Shown here one piece after another: positions 1 to 8,466 of a stretch of DNA of 62,759 nt. The position numbers and the translations under genes were made by a program. The DNA lies in contig JAQTUZ010000008.1 of assembly GCA_028707065.1 (NCBI GenBank), positions 1 to 62,759 of the forward strand, read 5' to 3'. The DNA comes from Patescibacteria group bacterium (lineage in GTDB: Bacteria; Patescibacteriota; Patescibacteriia; Patescibacteriales; WJLG01). Numbering within the stretch: position 1 is the first letter of the stretch; every line of letters begins with the position of its first letter. Under the pieces are notes generated by a model. The model made no database searches and had not been told where the DNA came from. It saw only the letters and a program-made list of their open reading frames with translations.

Positions 1-312
1 CGGTATTCAAATAGGCGCCAACATGTTTGAGGCCAGAGAAATTCTGCCGGTCGGCCCGGGGCGGAATTTTTTCCATCGGTTCGAAAATGATCCGCGTTTC
101 CATCAAAGGAGCGATGATCAGCGCGGAGTTGATTTGCCGGACGGCTTTCCTCTTTTACTGAAATGAAATTCAAGCTAAATTTTAAATGAAGAATTTTTTT
201 CGATTTGCGTATTAATGGGTATAAGCATTCTATGGCCCTCCCGTAGAGTGTATAAATGTCCCTGGCCATAGTCCGGCCGGGTATGGCACGGGGACGACAA
301 TCAATTAATTTA

Positions 313-371
313 GAACCCATCTCAAAAATAATCATCCGAAACGCCTTGAAAGTTATTTTTGAGATGGGTTC
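313..371. repeat. perfect 19-bp inverted repeat with 21-nt loop
   Basis: gaacccatctcaaaaataa-tcatccgaaacgccttgaaag-ttatttttgagatgggttc. Confidence 0.9.
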
Positions 372-378
372 TAACTTT

Positions 379-411
379 AGCGGTTTTTGCTGGGCAAAAG
401 CCGCTTTTTTG
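379..411 (+). terminator. Rho-independent terminator-like hairpin plus T-run
   Basis: agcggtttttgc-tgg-gcaaaagccgct followed by tttttt. Confidence 0.7.
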
Positions 412-497
412 AAGAAGATAAGCCAAATTTTCGTATTAGTAATATAATCGGTATGGGCAATTTTTGGTTTCTGGTATAATATCAGCTGGATTAGTTT

Positions 498-640
498 GTT
501 ATCAAGCGAAGCGAGTGAAATAATCCCGCGCCTCGCGGGGATTATTTCCGAGCGAGCGATGATAAGATTGGTTATCAAGCGAAGCGAGCGAAATAATCCC
601 GCGCCTAAGCTGCGATTATTTCCGAGCGAGCGATGATAAA
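498..640 (+). repeat. two tandem 73-nt PE-E hairpin elements
   Basis: gttatcaagcgaagcgag(t/c)gaaataatcccgcgcc...gattatttccgagcgagcgatgataa repeated with period 73 (498-566, 571-640). Confidence 0.9.
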
Positions 641-734
641 TGCCTAAGTCGCTTGCGGCGAGGATACCTTTTAGAAAAGATGGGCGCAGGGCTTGCCCCG
701 CGGTTGATACCATTTATTTGTAACTTTTAGCTAT

Positions 735-2636
735 ATGAAAATTTTTTTTCTGAAGATCAAGGGTATTATTGCCGCCCATAAGATCATGACCGGAGCGGCG
801 ATCATCATTTTAGCGGTCGGCGGATATTATGGCTACCAGAAATTTTTTCCGAGCGCGCCTAAATACCGCTATGCCACCGAGGCGACTGTTAAAACAACGA
901 TCTCCGTTTCAATAACCGGCTCCGGCCAGGTTTCCGAATTGAACAGCATTGACCTGAAGCCGCAAACTTCCGGAGCGTTAATCGCGATGAATATCAAGAA
1001 GGGCGATCAGGTCAAGACCGGGCAGGTCATTGCCGTGGTTGATCAGCGCGACGCGATCGCGGCGATGAATCAGGCCAGAGCTTCGCTCGCCAACGCGCAG
1101 GCAAGTTATGATACTTTGCTGGCCGGCACTGACGCCACCGATCTTAAGATCAGCCGGAACAGCGTGACGCAGGCGGAGAATTCCTATAATAACGCCGTGC
1201 TTTCCCAGCAAAATACCATCAAAACCACCGCTACCAATATTGTTCAGGCGCAAAACACTTTGGATGATTTGGAAGATTTTACCAGCCAGGCTAATCCGAC
1301 CAATCAGCGGGGGGTGACCTTGAACACGATCAACGATAAGTTGACGGTGGATCGAACGGCGCTGGACGCGGAAAATAAAATTTTTACCGATAATAATTTT
1401 CAAAACACTTTTGGCGCTTTGAATTCCGGGCTGGTGGGCCTTACTAAAGACAGCTATGCGCGGGCGGTAACGCTGTTAGCCGCGGCTAACAGCAGCTTGA
1501 ATAATGCCGAGACTTATCGCAGTGACATTAATGTCAATCAGGCGGTGAACGACGCGGTTAATGCTTTGAACCAAGCGCAAACATCGCTGAATAATTGTTA
1601 TGACGCTTTGCAGAATACGGTGTCAGGAGTCAACGTTACGCAAGCGCAGATCGATTCATATAAATCAAGCATCAATAGCCAGCTTTCGGCGGTTAATACC
1701 GGCATTACCGCCGTTCAGAACGCTTCGCAAGATCTTAAAGACGCTGTCGTGGCCGCGCAAAACAGCTTAGACTCGATAAAGCTTACTTCCGAACAGCAGT
1801 TGGCTTCAGCCCAAGCTTCAGTGCAATCTACTTATAATTCCTGGCAGACGGCCAAGGATCAATTCGCTAAATTAAAGGAGCCGCCGACCAAGCAGGAAAT
1901 TAATTCGGCTCTGGCTTCGGTTTCTTCGGCTCGCAGCCAATATCAGCAAGCGGTGGATGCTTATAATAACACCACGATCGTCGCGCCGTTCGACGGGCAA
2001 ATTGCCGTAGCCAGCGCGCAAAAAGGCGATCAGGTTTCGGCTTCGACAGTGATCGCAACGCTGATCACTAATCAAAAAGTGGCTAACGTCCCGCTGAACG
2101 AAGTGGATGTGGCTAAGGTGAAAGTCGGCGAGCCGGTGGTTTTGACCTTTGACGCAATCGACGGGCTTTCGCTCACTGGCAAAGTTATCGATATCGATAC
2201 TTTGGGCACGGTCAGCCAGGGCGTGGTGACTTATAATGTTAAAATCAGCCTTGATGCCGATGATCCGGCCGTTAAGCCGGGCATGAGCGTGAATGCCGCT
2301 ATCATCACTAATGTTAAAACCGATGTTTTGGCCGTTCCGAATGCGGCGATCAAAACGCAGGGCGGAAGCAATTACGCGCAAGTTTTGGACGCGGCGGGTA
2401 ATCCGCAAAACGTGGCCGTGCAAATCGGCATTGCTGACGATTCTTATACCGAGATTATTTCCGGATTGACCGAAGGCGAGGCGGTGGTTACGCAGACGAT
2501 CAATTTGAGCACGGCCGCCAAGACTTCAACGCAAACCAGCTCCGGCATCGGTAATATTTTGGGCGGCAGCGCCAATCGCGGCGGCAGCGGTTTTAGCGGT
2601 GGCGCGGTTCGGGCGGTTACCAGGCCCGGAGATTAA
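735..2636 (+). CDS. HlyD/MacA-type efflux adaptor (membrane fusion protein), long coiled-coil variant
   Basis: 633-aa ORF; N-terminal TM helix; split lipoyl-like halves (IDLKPQTSGALIAMNIKKGDQVKTGQVIAVVD / TIVAPFDGQIAVASAQKGDQV) around ~300 aa of A/N/Q/S/T-rich helical sequence; followed by MacB-type ATPase and permease. Confidence 0.8.
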   Translation: MKIFFLKIKGIIAAHKIMTGAAIIILAVGGYYGYQKFFPSAPKYRYATEATVKTTISVSITGSGQVSELNSIDLKPQTSGALIAMNIKKGDQVKTGQVIAVVDQRDAIAAMNQARASLANAQASYDTLLAGTDATDLKISRNSVTQAENSYNNAVLSQQNTIKTTATNIVQAQNTLDDLEDFTSQANPTNQRGVTLNTINDKLTVDRTALDAENKIFTDNNFQNTFGALNSGLVGLTKDSYARAVTLLAAANSSLNNAETYRSDINVNQAVNDAVNALNQAQTSLNNCYDALQNTVSGVNVTQAQIDSYKSSINSQLSAVNTGITAVQNASQDLKDAVVAAQNSLDSIKLTSEQQLASAQASVQSTYNSWQTAKDQFAKLKEPPTKQEINSALASVSSARSQYQQAVDAYNNTTIVAPFDGQIAVASAQKGDQVSASTVIATLITNQKVANVPLNEVDVAKVKVGEPVVLTFDAIDGLSLTGKVIDIDTLGTVSQGVVTYNVKISLDADDPAVKPGMSVNAAIITNVKTDVLAVPNAAIKTQGGSNYAQVLDAAGNPQNVAVQIGIADDSYTEIISGLTEGEAVVTQTINLSTAAKTSTQTSSGIGNILGGSANRGGSGFSGGAVRAVTRPGD

Positions 2637-2667
2637 TTACAGAATATTAATTGATTAGTTAATCCAA

Positions 2668-3378
2668 ATGATAGAATGTAAAAATATTTATAAAGCATAT
2701 AAAACCGGCGAGCTGGAAACCGAGGTTTTAAAAGATATCTCTTTCAAGATAAATGACGGAGAGTTTGTCGCGATCATGGGTCCAAGCGGGTCGGGCAAAT
2801 CGACCTTGATGCATATTATCGGCGCCCTGGACACGCCGACCCGCGGACAATATTTTCTTGATGGTATTGACGTTTCCACTTTATCCGATGATAAATTGGC
2901 CGTGATCAGAAATGCCAAGATCGGTTTTGTCTTCCAGGCTTTTAACCTGCTGCCCCGGGCCACGGTTCTGCGTAATGTCGCGTTGCCGCTGGTTTATGCC
3001 AATGTGGAAAAAAGCAAGCGGGAAGAGATTGCTAAGCACGCTCTGGTGCAAGCTGGTTTGGATGAATCGCGTTTTCATAATTTATCCAATCAATTGTCCG
3101 GCGGCCAGATGCAGCGCGTGGCCATCGCCCGGTCGCTGGTGAATAATCCCTCAATCGTTCTGGCCGATGAACCGACCGGCAATCTTGATTCCAAGACCGG
3201 CGATGTTGTTTTGGAAACCTTTCAGGAGCTTAACCGCCAGGGGAGGACGATCGTCTTGATCACCCACGAGCCCTATGTCGCCGAGCATGCCGATCGGATC
3301 ATTCTAATTAAGGATGGAAAGATTTTGAGCGACGCCAAGACGCGCAACAAGCGTCTGGCAGAAAAGGTGAAAAAATAA
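2668..3378 (+). CDS. ABC transporter ATP-binding protein, MacB/LolD type
   Basis: Walker [13 protein letters not shown] signature [15 protein letters not shown], Walker [12 protein letters not shown]-loop ITHE. Confidence 0.92.
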   Translation: MIECKNIYKAYKTGELETEVLKDISFKINDGEFVAIMGPSGSGKSTLMHIIGALDTPTRGQYFLDGIDVSTLSDDKLAVIRNAKIGFVFQAFNLLPRATVLRNVALPLVYANVEKSKREEIAKHALVQAGLDESRFHNLSNQLSGGQMQRVAIARSLVNNPSIVLADEPTGNLDSKTGDVVLETFQELNRQGRTIVLITHEPYVAEHADRIILIKDGKILSDAKTRNKRLAEKVKK

Positions 3379-3382
3379 AAGA

Positions 3383-3510
3383 TAATCCGAATCTATGAAA
3401 TCCGCCAGCTGGCGGACCGCATACTACGAACTGTTGCGAAACAAAAATATTAATCAATAATGTTCGGAAAAATATTCGTAGTATTCGTGTATAATTCGTA
3501 GTATTCGCAT
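3383..3510. repeat. R1 'CGAAT/ATTCG-word' long imperfect hairpin (ATPase/permease spacer)
   Basis: ataatccgaatctatgaaatccgccagctggcggaccgcatactacgaac ... attcgtagtattcgtgtataattcgtagtattcgcat. Confidence 0.75.
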
Positions 3511-3529
3511 TTTATGCCCAAATAATTTT

Positions 3530-4750
3530 ATGAGAATTAACGATTTGTTCGAAGAAAGTTACAGTGCCTTAACGGCTAATAAGATCAGGACCGGGCTGAC
3601 TATTCTTGGTATTGTCATCGGTATCGGTTCTGTGATCGCCATGGTGTCGATCGGCCAAGGATCGCAAAAATCGATTCAAGCCAGTATTCAATCGATCGGC
3701 TCCAATTTATTGATCATCACGCCCGGAGTCCAGCGCAATTTCGGCGCCGGGGTCAGCGCCGGCCGTGGCAGCGCCCAGACGCTTACTCAGGAAGACGCTG
3801 ATGCGATCAATCAGGAAATCGCTCAAGCAAAGGCTGTCGCCCCGGAGCTTTCCGGCCGTTATCAAGTTACGGCTAAGGGGAGCAATACTAATACCCAAGT
3901 TATCGGAACAAACGATGCTTATTCTTCGGTGCGTAATGTGAGTGTTGATTCTGGGACGTTCATCACTTCCGAACAGGTTTCTTCGGACGCTAAAGTCGCG
4001 GTTATCGGCCCGACCGTGCGCGATGATTTGTTCGGCGTTGATGCCAATGCGATCGGCCAATCAATTAAAATCAAACAAATAATTTTCAAAGTTATCGGCA
4101 TCACCACCGCTAAAGGAGGCACTGGCTTTAATAACACCGATAACAGTATTTATGTGCCGATATCCACCGCCCAGCATTTTTTGGCGGGCTCAAGCTATGT
4201 TTCGCAGATCAGCGTCGAAGCGGATAGCGCCAACGACATGAGCGCGATCCAGCAGGAGATCACTGATTTGCTTTTGCAGCGGCACAAGCTTACGGCGGCC
4301 ACTGCCGACTTCACCGTCTTGAACCAATCGGATATTGTTAACGCCGCTTCCGGCGTGACCAATACTTTGACGATGCTCTTGGCTTCGATCGCCGGAATTT
4401 CCCTGGTGGTCGGCGGCATCGGTATTATGAATATGATGTTGACGACGGTCACGGAACGCACTCGGGAGATCGGCTTGCGCAAAGCGATCGGGGCGACGCG
4501 GAATAATATCAATTCGCAATTTTTAATGGAAGCGGTGATGCTGACTTTCACCGGCGGTTTTTTGGGGATAATCTTGGGCTGGATCCTGTCTTTGATCGTC
4601 ACTAAATTTGCCGGTATCGCGGCGGCTGTTTCTTTTTCTTCGGTGATACTCGCGTTCGGCGTTTCCGCGGCGATCGGTTTGATCTTCGGCTATTATCCTG
4701 CCCGCCGCGCCTCGCGATTGAATCCGATCGAAGCTTTGAGATTTGAATAA
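3530..4750 (+). CDS. ABC transporter permease, MacB/FtsX type
   Basis: 406 aa; N-terminal TM, large extracytoplasmic domain, C-terminal 3-TM FtsX-like bundle (TERTREIGLRKAIGATR...YYPARRASRLNPIEALR). Confidence 0.9.
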   Translation: MRINDLFEESYSALTANKIRTGLTILGIVIGIGSVIAMVSIGQGSQKSIQASIQSIGSNLLIITPGVQRNFGAGVSAGRGSAQTLTQEDADAINQEIAQAKAVAPELSGRYQVTAKGSNTNTQVIGTNDAYSSVRNVSVDSGTFITSEQVSSDAKVAVIGPTVRDDLFGVDANAIGQSIKIKQIIFKVIGITTAKGGTGFNNTDNSIYVPISTAQHFLAGSSYVSQISVEADSANDMSAIQQEITDLLLQRHKLTAATADFTVLNQSDIVNAASGVTNTLTMLLASIAGISLVVGGIGIMNMMLTTVTERTREIGLRKAIGATRNNINSQFLMEAVMLTFTGGFLGIILGWILSLIVTKFAGIAAAVSFSSVILAFGVSAAIGLIFGYYPARRASRLNPIEALRFE

Positions 4751-4754
4751 AAAT

Positions 4755-4862
4755 ATAACACGAATACCACAAATTTTACGCGAATACCGCGAACAATTTA
4801 ACATTTTTGTTCGTTTCGTGGAGTTCGTAGTATTCGCGAACAATTCGTAGTATTCGTGTTAT
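4755..4862. repeat. R1 long hairpin (~40-bp imperfect stem)
   Basis: ataacacgaataccacaaattttacgcgaataccgcgaac ... gttcgtagtattcgcgaacaattcgtagtattcgtgttat. Confidence 0.85.
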
Positions 4863-4894
4863 GGACATAATTTAATTTTTAATAAAAGCATTTT

Positions 4895-5374
4895 ATGAAA
4901 AAAAACATTACAATTTTAGTAGTAGCGGTGATTGTTGCTTTGGCTGTTGGCGTTTTTGGCGGTATGCAATATCAAAAAATGGCGGCAAAGAAGATTGCGG
5001 CGCAATTCCCCGGAGGCCAGGGTTTTAATCGCGGTAATTTTACCGGTTCAGTGAACAGCCAGCGCAGCCGCAACGGCGCCGGATTTACCGCCGGCAGCGT
5101 CTTGTCCAAGAACGACTCGAAAAGCTTTACGGTAAAATTAAACAGCGGCGGTTCGGAAATCGTTTTCCTTTCCGCCAATTCGAAAATTATGAAGTCGGCC
5201 ACCGGGACGATCGACGATCTGGTTGCCGGCGAGCAAGTCGTAGTCAGCGGAACGGCCAATTCCGATGGCAGTATTACGGCAACTAGCGTGCAATTGGGAA
5301 ATTCCGGTTTTGGCGGAAATCGGCCGGCGGGCGCTCCGGATCAAGGCCAAGCCGCGCCAGTGCCAGCGAAATAA
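4895..5374 (+). CDS. hypothetical membrane-anchored/secreted protein
   Basis: 159-aa ORF; N-terminal hydrophobic helix (ITILVVAVIVALAVGVFGG), G/S/N-rich linker, beta-rich C-terminal part; family not recognised with confidence. Confidence 0.5.
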   Translation: MKKNITILVVAVIVALAVGVFGGMQYQKMAAKKIAAQFPGGQGFNRGNFTGSVNSQRSRNGAGFTAGSVLSKNDSKSFTVKLNSGGSEIVFLSANSKIMKSATGTIDDLVAGEQVVVSGTANSDGSITATSVQLGNSGFGGNRPAGAPDQGQAAPVPAK

Positions 5375-5464
5375 AATTTTAAAAAAGCCTCGCTCTAGAC
5401 AAGCGGGGCTTTTTAGTTGAAAATTTGCCGAAAAGATGTTAAGCTCGCATTAATATGCATTAAT

Positions 5465-5926
5465 ATGTTGGAAATAATAATCATTGCCATTGGCAAAATA
5501 AAAAATAATTTTTTCTCCGGCGCGATCGAAGAATATCTTACGCGCCTTAAGCCGTACGCGGCGGTTAAAATTTTAGAATTGGCCCCTGAAGCGTTCAGTG
5601 AATCAAGTCGAGAAAAAGCCAAGAAGATAGAGGGGGAGAGGATTGTTAAATCGCTGGAAAAATATAATAGCGCGGAGATTTTTCTATTGCACGAGCGCGG
5701 CCGCGAAATGGACTCGCTTAAATTTGCGCAAAAAATGTCAGCCGCTAACGGCAAGATTGTTTTCGTAATTGCCGGCGCGCTTGGTTTTGACGAAGAAGCG
5801 CTTAAAAAATATCCCCAGCTTTCTCTGTCAAAAATGACCTTTCCTCACGAAATGGCGCGCTTGATCTTGCTCGAGCAGATTTATCGGGCCGCGACGATTG
5901 CCCGGGGGAAAACCTACCACTATTAA
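5465..5926 (+). CDS. rlmH: 23S rRNA (pseudouridine1915-N3)-methyltransferase RlmH (SPOUT)
   Basis: MLEIIIIAIGKIK...YLTRL...FVIAGALGF...LSLSKMTFPHEMARLILLEQIYRA matches the RlmH family; ORF-track start 5417 trimmed to ATG 5465. Confidence 0.85.
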   Translation: MLEIIIIAIGKIKNNFFSGAIEEYLTRLKPYAAVKILELAPEAFSESSREKAKKIEGERIVKSLEKYNSAEIFLLHERGREMDSLKFAQKMSAANGKIVFVIAGALGFDEEALKKYPQLSLSKMTFPHEMARLILLEQIYRAATIARGKTYHY

Positions 5927-5932
5927 ATTAAA

Positions 5933-6403
5933 ATGAAATTAAAATTCACTGAACATAATATTTTTCTTTTAAGCCTTTTACTTAAAGGTTTGAATGGCGC
6001 GCTGGAATTGATCGGCAGTATTTTGATCGTTGTTTTTCCGCCGGCGATTATCGTCCGCTTAGTGAATTTTTTGACGCAGAACGAAATCAGCGAAGATCCC
6101 AAGGACTTAGTGGCTAATTATTTAATTCACGCTTTTCAAAATTACACTCTGGGTTTGCAGACTTTTTGGTCAGTTTATTTTTTTATTCACGGGGCTATTA
6201 AAATTTTTCTGGTGGTTTCGCTTTTGCGCCGCCGGCACTGGGCTTACCCCGCGGCAATCATAGTTTTCATGCTGTTTATCGTTTATCAGCTTTATCGTTT
6301 TAGCTTTACCCATTCTCTATCTTTGATCGCTCTTTCGGCCTTTGACTTTTTGGTGATTATTTTGACTTTTCTTGAGTATAAAATACTCAAAAGAACTGTT
6401 TAG
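5933..6403 (+). CDS. small integral membrane protein, likely DUF2127 family
   Basis: 156 aa, 4 predicted TM; LLKGLNGALELIGSILI ... FIHGAIKIFLVVSLLRRRHWAYPAAIIVFMLFIVYQLYRF resembles DUF2127. Confidence 0.65.
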   Translation: MKLKFTEHNIFLLSLLLKGLNGALELIGSILIVVFPPAIIVRLVNFLTQNEISEDPKDLVANYLIHAFQNYTLGLQTFWSVYFFIHGAIKIFLVVSLLRRRHWAYPAAIIVFMLFIVYQLYRFSFTHSLSLIALSAFDFLVIILTFLEYKILKRTV

Positions 6404-6445
6404 CGGCGGCTGAAGGTAAACAGCTAAAGGTTTATTAGTTATTAT

Positions 6446-6469
6446 AAAAGGCTATTTTGGCCTTTTTTT
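6446..6469 (+). terminator. terminator after the DUF2127-like gene
   Basis: aaaaggctattttggcctttt plus a T-run. Confidence 0.55.
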
Positions 6470-6489
6470 GTTTTGATATTATGATATTA

Positions 6490-6518
6490 TTGACATTATA
6501 TAATATTTATGCTATACT
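6490..6518 (+). promoter_or_regulatory. sigma70-type promoter (extended -10)
   Basis: TTGACA-17 nt (ending TGC)-TATACT, 47 nt upstream of ATG 6566. Confidence 0.7.
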
Positions 6519-6565
6519 ATTATGATTTGGATTGTTGTTTACTAACTCACAAAAAAGGAGTCAGG

Positions 6566-6898
6566 ATGAGGCAATGTACTTTTGGATCAGATACTTTGGC
6601 TTATATCAAGGAAACCGGAGAAAGGGTCGCAGAAATTAGCTGGGAAAAAATTCCTGCCGGGAAAATAGTCCTTTTTTGCCATCTGGCTTTTCCAGGTTCA
6701 GATGCGGTAAGTGTCTTTTCGCCTTTATCCAAAACTTCCTTTGAGTTATTAATGGCAAAAGAACACGAGGACATTTTTCTTTTTCCCACCGATCAAAAAC
6801 TTTTTCCTGACCCGAACAAACCAAAGTATGTCCCCAAACCCCGCTCGCGCAAAGCCAGCGCTCGTAGCGGATATCGTAATCTAGCCTTCATCTTCTAA
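6566..6898 (+). CDS. hypothetical protein
   Basis: ATG 6566 preceded by AAGGAG (6556-6560) and a TTGACA-17-TATACT promoter; ORF-track start 6509 lies inside the promoter and was trimmed. Confidence 0.5.
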   Translation: MRQCTFGSDTLAYIKETGERVAEISWEKIPAGKIVLFCHLAFPGSDAVSVFSPLSKTSFELLMAKEHEDIFLFPTDQKLFPDPNKPKYVPKPRSRKASARSGYRNLAFIF

Positions 6899-6983
6899 TA
6901 ACCGCCCCTTGCTATTCAACGATTGAATAGCAAGGGGTATTTTTGTTTTCCCCACTTTTTGCTAAAATGGAGGTGCTATAGAA

Positions 6984-7463
6984 ATGCTCTATATGAATAA
7001 GCCGGATCAGCTATTTCAGGCATTTTTAGAGTCACCGGTCGGCGTCTTGAAGATCGAAGCGAGTAAAGATAAGATTTGCTCGGTTCTGTTCTCTGATCAA
7101 AAAAAGAAGAACGCCCGCCAGCCAGACGTGCTCAAAAATTGCCTCAAGCAATTAAAGGAATATTTTTACGAGAACAGGAAAAAATTCGCTCTGCCTTTGG
7201 AGTTGAAGGGCACTGTTTGGCAAAAAAAGGTCTGGCAGAAGCTGGCGGAAATTCCTTTCGGCAAAACCACTTCTTACGCCGAGCTGGCGGAAAAATTAGG
7301 CGGGAAAAAGATGGCCCGCTCGGTCGCTTCGGCCTGCGCCCGCAACAAGATATTATTCATCATCCCTTGCCATCGCGTGATCGGCTCGGGCGGCGGCTTG
7401 ACCGGCTATCGCGGCGGCTTGAAACATAAAAAGTGGCTATTGGATTTTGAAAATAAAGTGTAA
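6984..7463 (+). CDS. ogt: methylated-DNA-protein-cysteine methyltransferase
   Basis: Active-site IPCHRVIGSGGGLTGYRGG plus TTSYAELA helix-turn-helix region; GGAGG 10 nt upstream. Confidence 0.87.
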   Translation: MLYMNKPDQLFQAFLESPVGVLKIEASKDKICSVLFSDQKKKNARQPDVLKNCLKQLKEYFYENRKKFALPLELKGTVWQKKVWQKLAEIPFGKTTSYAELAEKLGGKKMARSVASACARNKILFIIPCHRVIGSGGGLTGYRGGLKHKKWLLDFENKV

Positions 7464-7510
7464 TTTTATCGCGCGGCCGTCGTTATATTAGTGAAAGTTT
7501 TTAACAGCCA

Positions 7511-7542
7511 AACTAATTAACTAATTCACTAATCAACTAATC
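7511..7542 (+). repeat. R5 'TTAGTTAA/AACTAAT-word' arm forming the SIMPL-gene leader
   Basis: aactaattaactaattcactaatcaactaatc; a 28-nt stretch (7510-7537) is identical to 29359-29386. Confidence 0.85.
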
Positions 7543-7543
7543 T

Positions 7544-8329
7544 ATGGAACAAGAAAATTGTTTTCATCACGGCAAGCTCAAGATGGTTATCGTCTTGGTG
7601 CTTGTACTGGGCGCCATCGCTTTGGGAATCCTGGCGATCTTGCGCGACAAGATCATGCAGAATGACCAGAACCAATTCGTGGTAACGGCGCAAGGCAAAA
7701 TCACCGCTCCGCCGGATGTCGCCACGGTTGATTTCAGCGTCCAATCGACCGTCAGCAAAAATATCGGCGATATCGTCAAAGACGGCAATACCAAAATGAA
7801 CGCGATCATCAAGGCTTTGACCGATTTAAAAATTGATAAAGCGGATATTCAGACTTCGCAATATCAGTTGGCTCCGATCTATGATTATACAAGCTGCCCG
7901 TTAAGTTCATCGATTCCTTGCCAGCAAGGCAATGTTTTGCGGGGCTATCAGCTGACCGAAGGAGTCACTGTTAAAATAAGGGATTTGAATATAGTCGGCG
8001 ATGCTATTTCGCAAGCCATCGCGGCCGGAGCTAACCAGACCGGCGGGGTTTCTTTCACGATCGATGATCAGGATAAGCTAAAGGCCGAGGCGCGCGCTTT
8101 GGCCATTGAAAAGGCGATCGAGAAAGCCAAGACTATCGCCAAGCAATCAGGTTTGAAATTAGGCAAGCTGATAAACGTGACGGAAAATACCGGCCCGATG
8201 CCTTATTATGCCAATACTTATGACATGATGGCTAAAGGCGGCGGAGTGGCGGCCGCACCGACAGCTTCGATCCAAAGCGGCTCGCTGGATATCACTGATG
8301 ATGTGATTCTGACTTACAAGGTGAAATAA
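7544..8329 (+). CDS. SIMPL (DUF541)-like secreted protein
   Basis: 261 aa; N-terminal TM; VVTAQGKITAPPDVATVDFSVQS...DIQTSQYQLAPIYDY...KAEARALAIEKAIEKAKTIA pattern typical of SIMPL domain proteins. Confidence 0.7.
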   Translation: MEQENCFHHGKLKMVIVLVLVLGAIALGILAILRDKIMQNDQNQFVVTAQGKITAPPDVATVDFSVQSTVSKNIGDIVKDGNTKMNAIIKALTDLKIDKADIQTSQYQLAPIYDYTSCPLSSSIPCQQGNVLRGYQLTEGVTVKIRDLNIVGDAISQAIAAGANQTGGVSFTIDDQDKLKAEARALAIEKAIEKAKTIAKQSGLKLGKLINVTENTGPMPYYANTYDMMAKGGGVAAAPTASIQSGSLDITDDVILTYKVK

Positions 8330-8340
8330 TCAACAAAAAA

Positions 8341-8453
8341 AACATAATCCGAACCTACAAAATATCCGAATACAACGAACCTATCCACGAAAAATTATTC
8401 GATTCGTAGAGTTCGTAGTATTCGGATACAATTCGTAGTATTCGGATTATGTT
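8341..8453. repeat. R1 long hairpin between convergent genes (likely bidirectional terminator)
   Basis: aacataatccgaacctacaaaatatccgaatacaacgaac ... gttcgtagtattcggatacaattcgtagtattcggattatgtt, followed by tttttattt. Confidence 0.85.
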
Positions 8454-8466
8454 TTTATTTAGGCAA

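Noticed and set aside
1-166. Partial ORF at the window edge. Plus-strand frame 2 is open from 2 to the TGA at 164-166. A minus-strand ORF starting at ATG 103-101 is also open to the window edge.
   Set aside because: Both frames are open, and neither has a recognisable family or a decisive start or SD signal. I cannot decide the strand, so no feature is reported.
256-447. 63-aa ORF from the track
   Set aside because: It runs through a perfect 19-bp inverted repeat and a terminator hairpin, and has no SD or promoter logic. It is most likely non-coding.
8341-8453. R1 hairpins considered as integron attC sites, and the surrounding genes as cassettes
   Set aside because: No integrase or attI is present. 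The termini do not fit RYYYAAC/GTTRRRY. The hairpins also separate core operon genes such as the ribosomal proteins.
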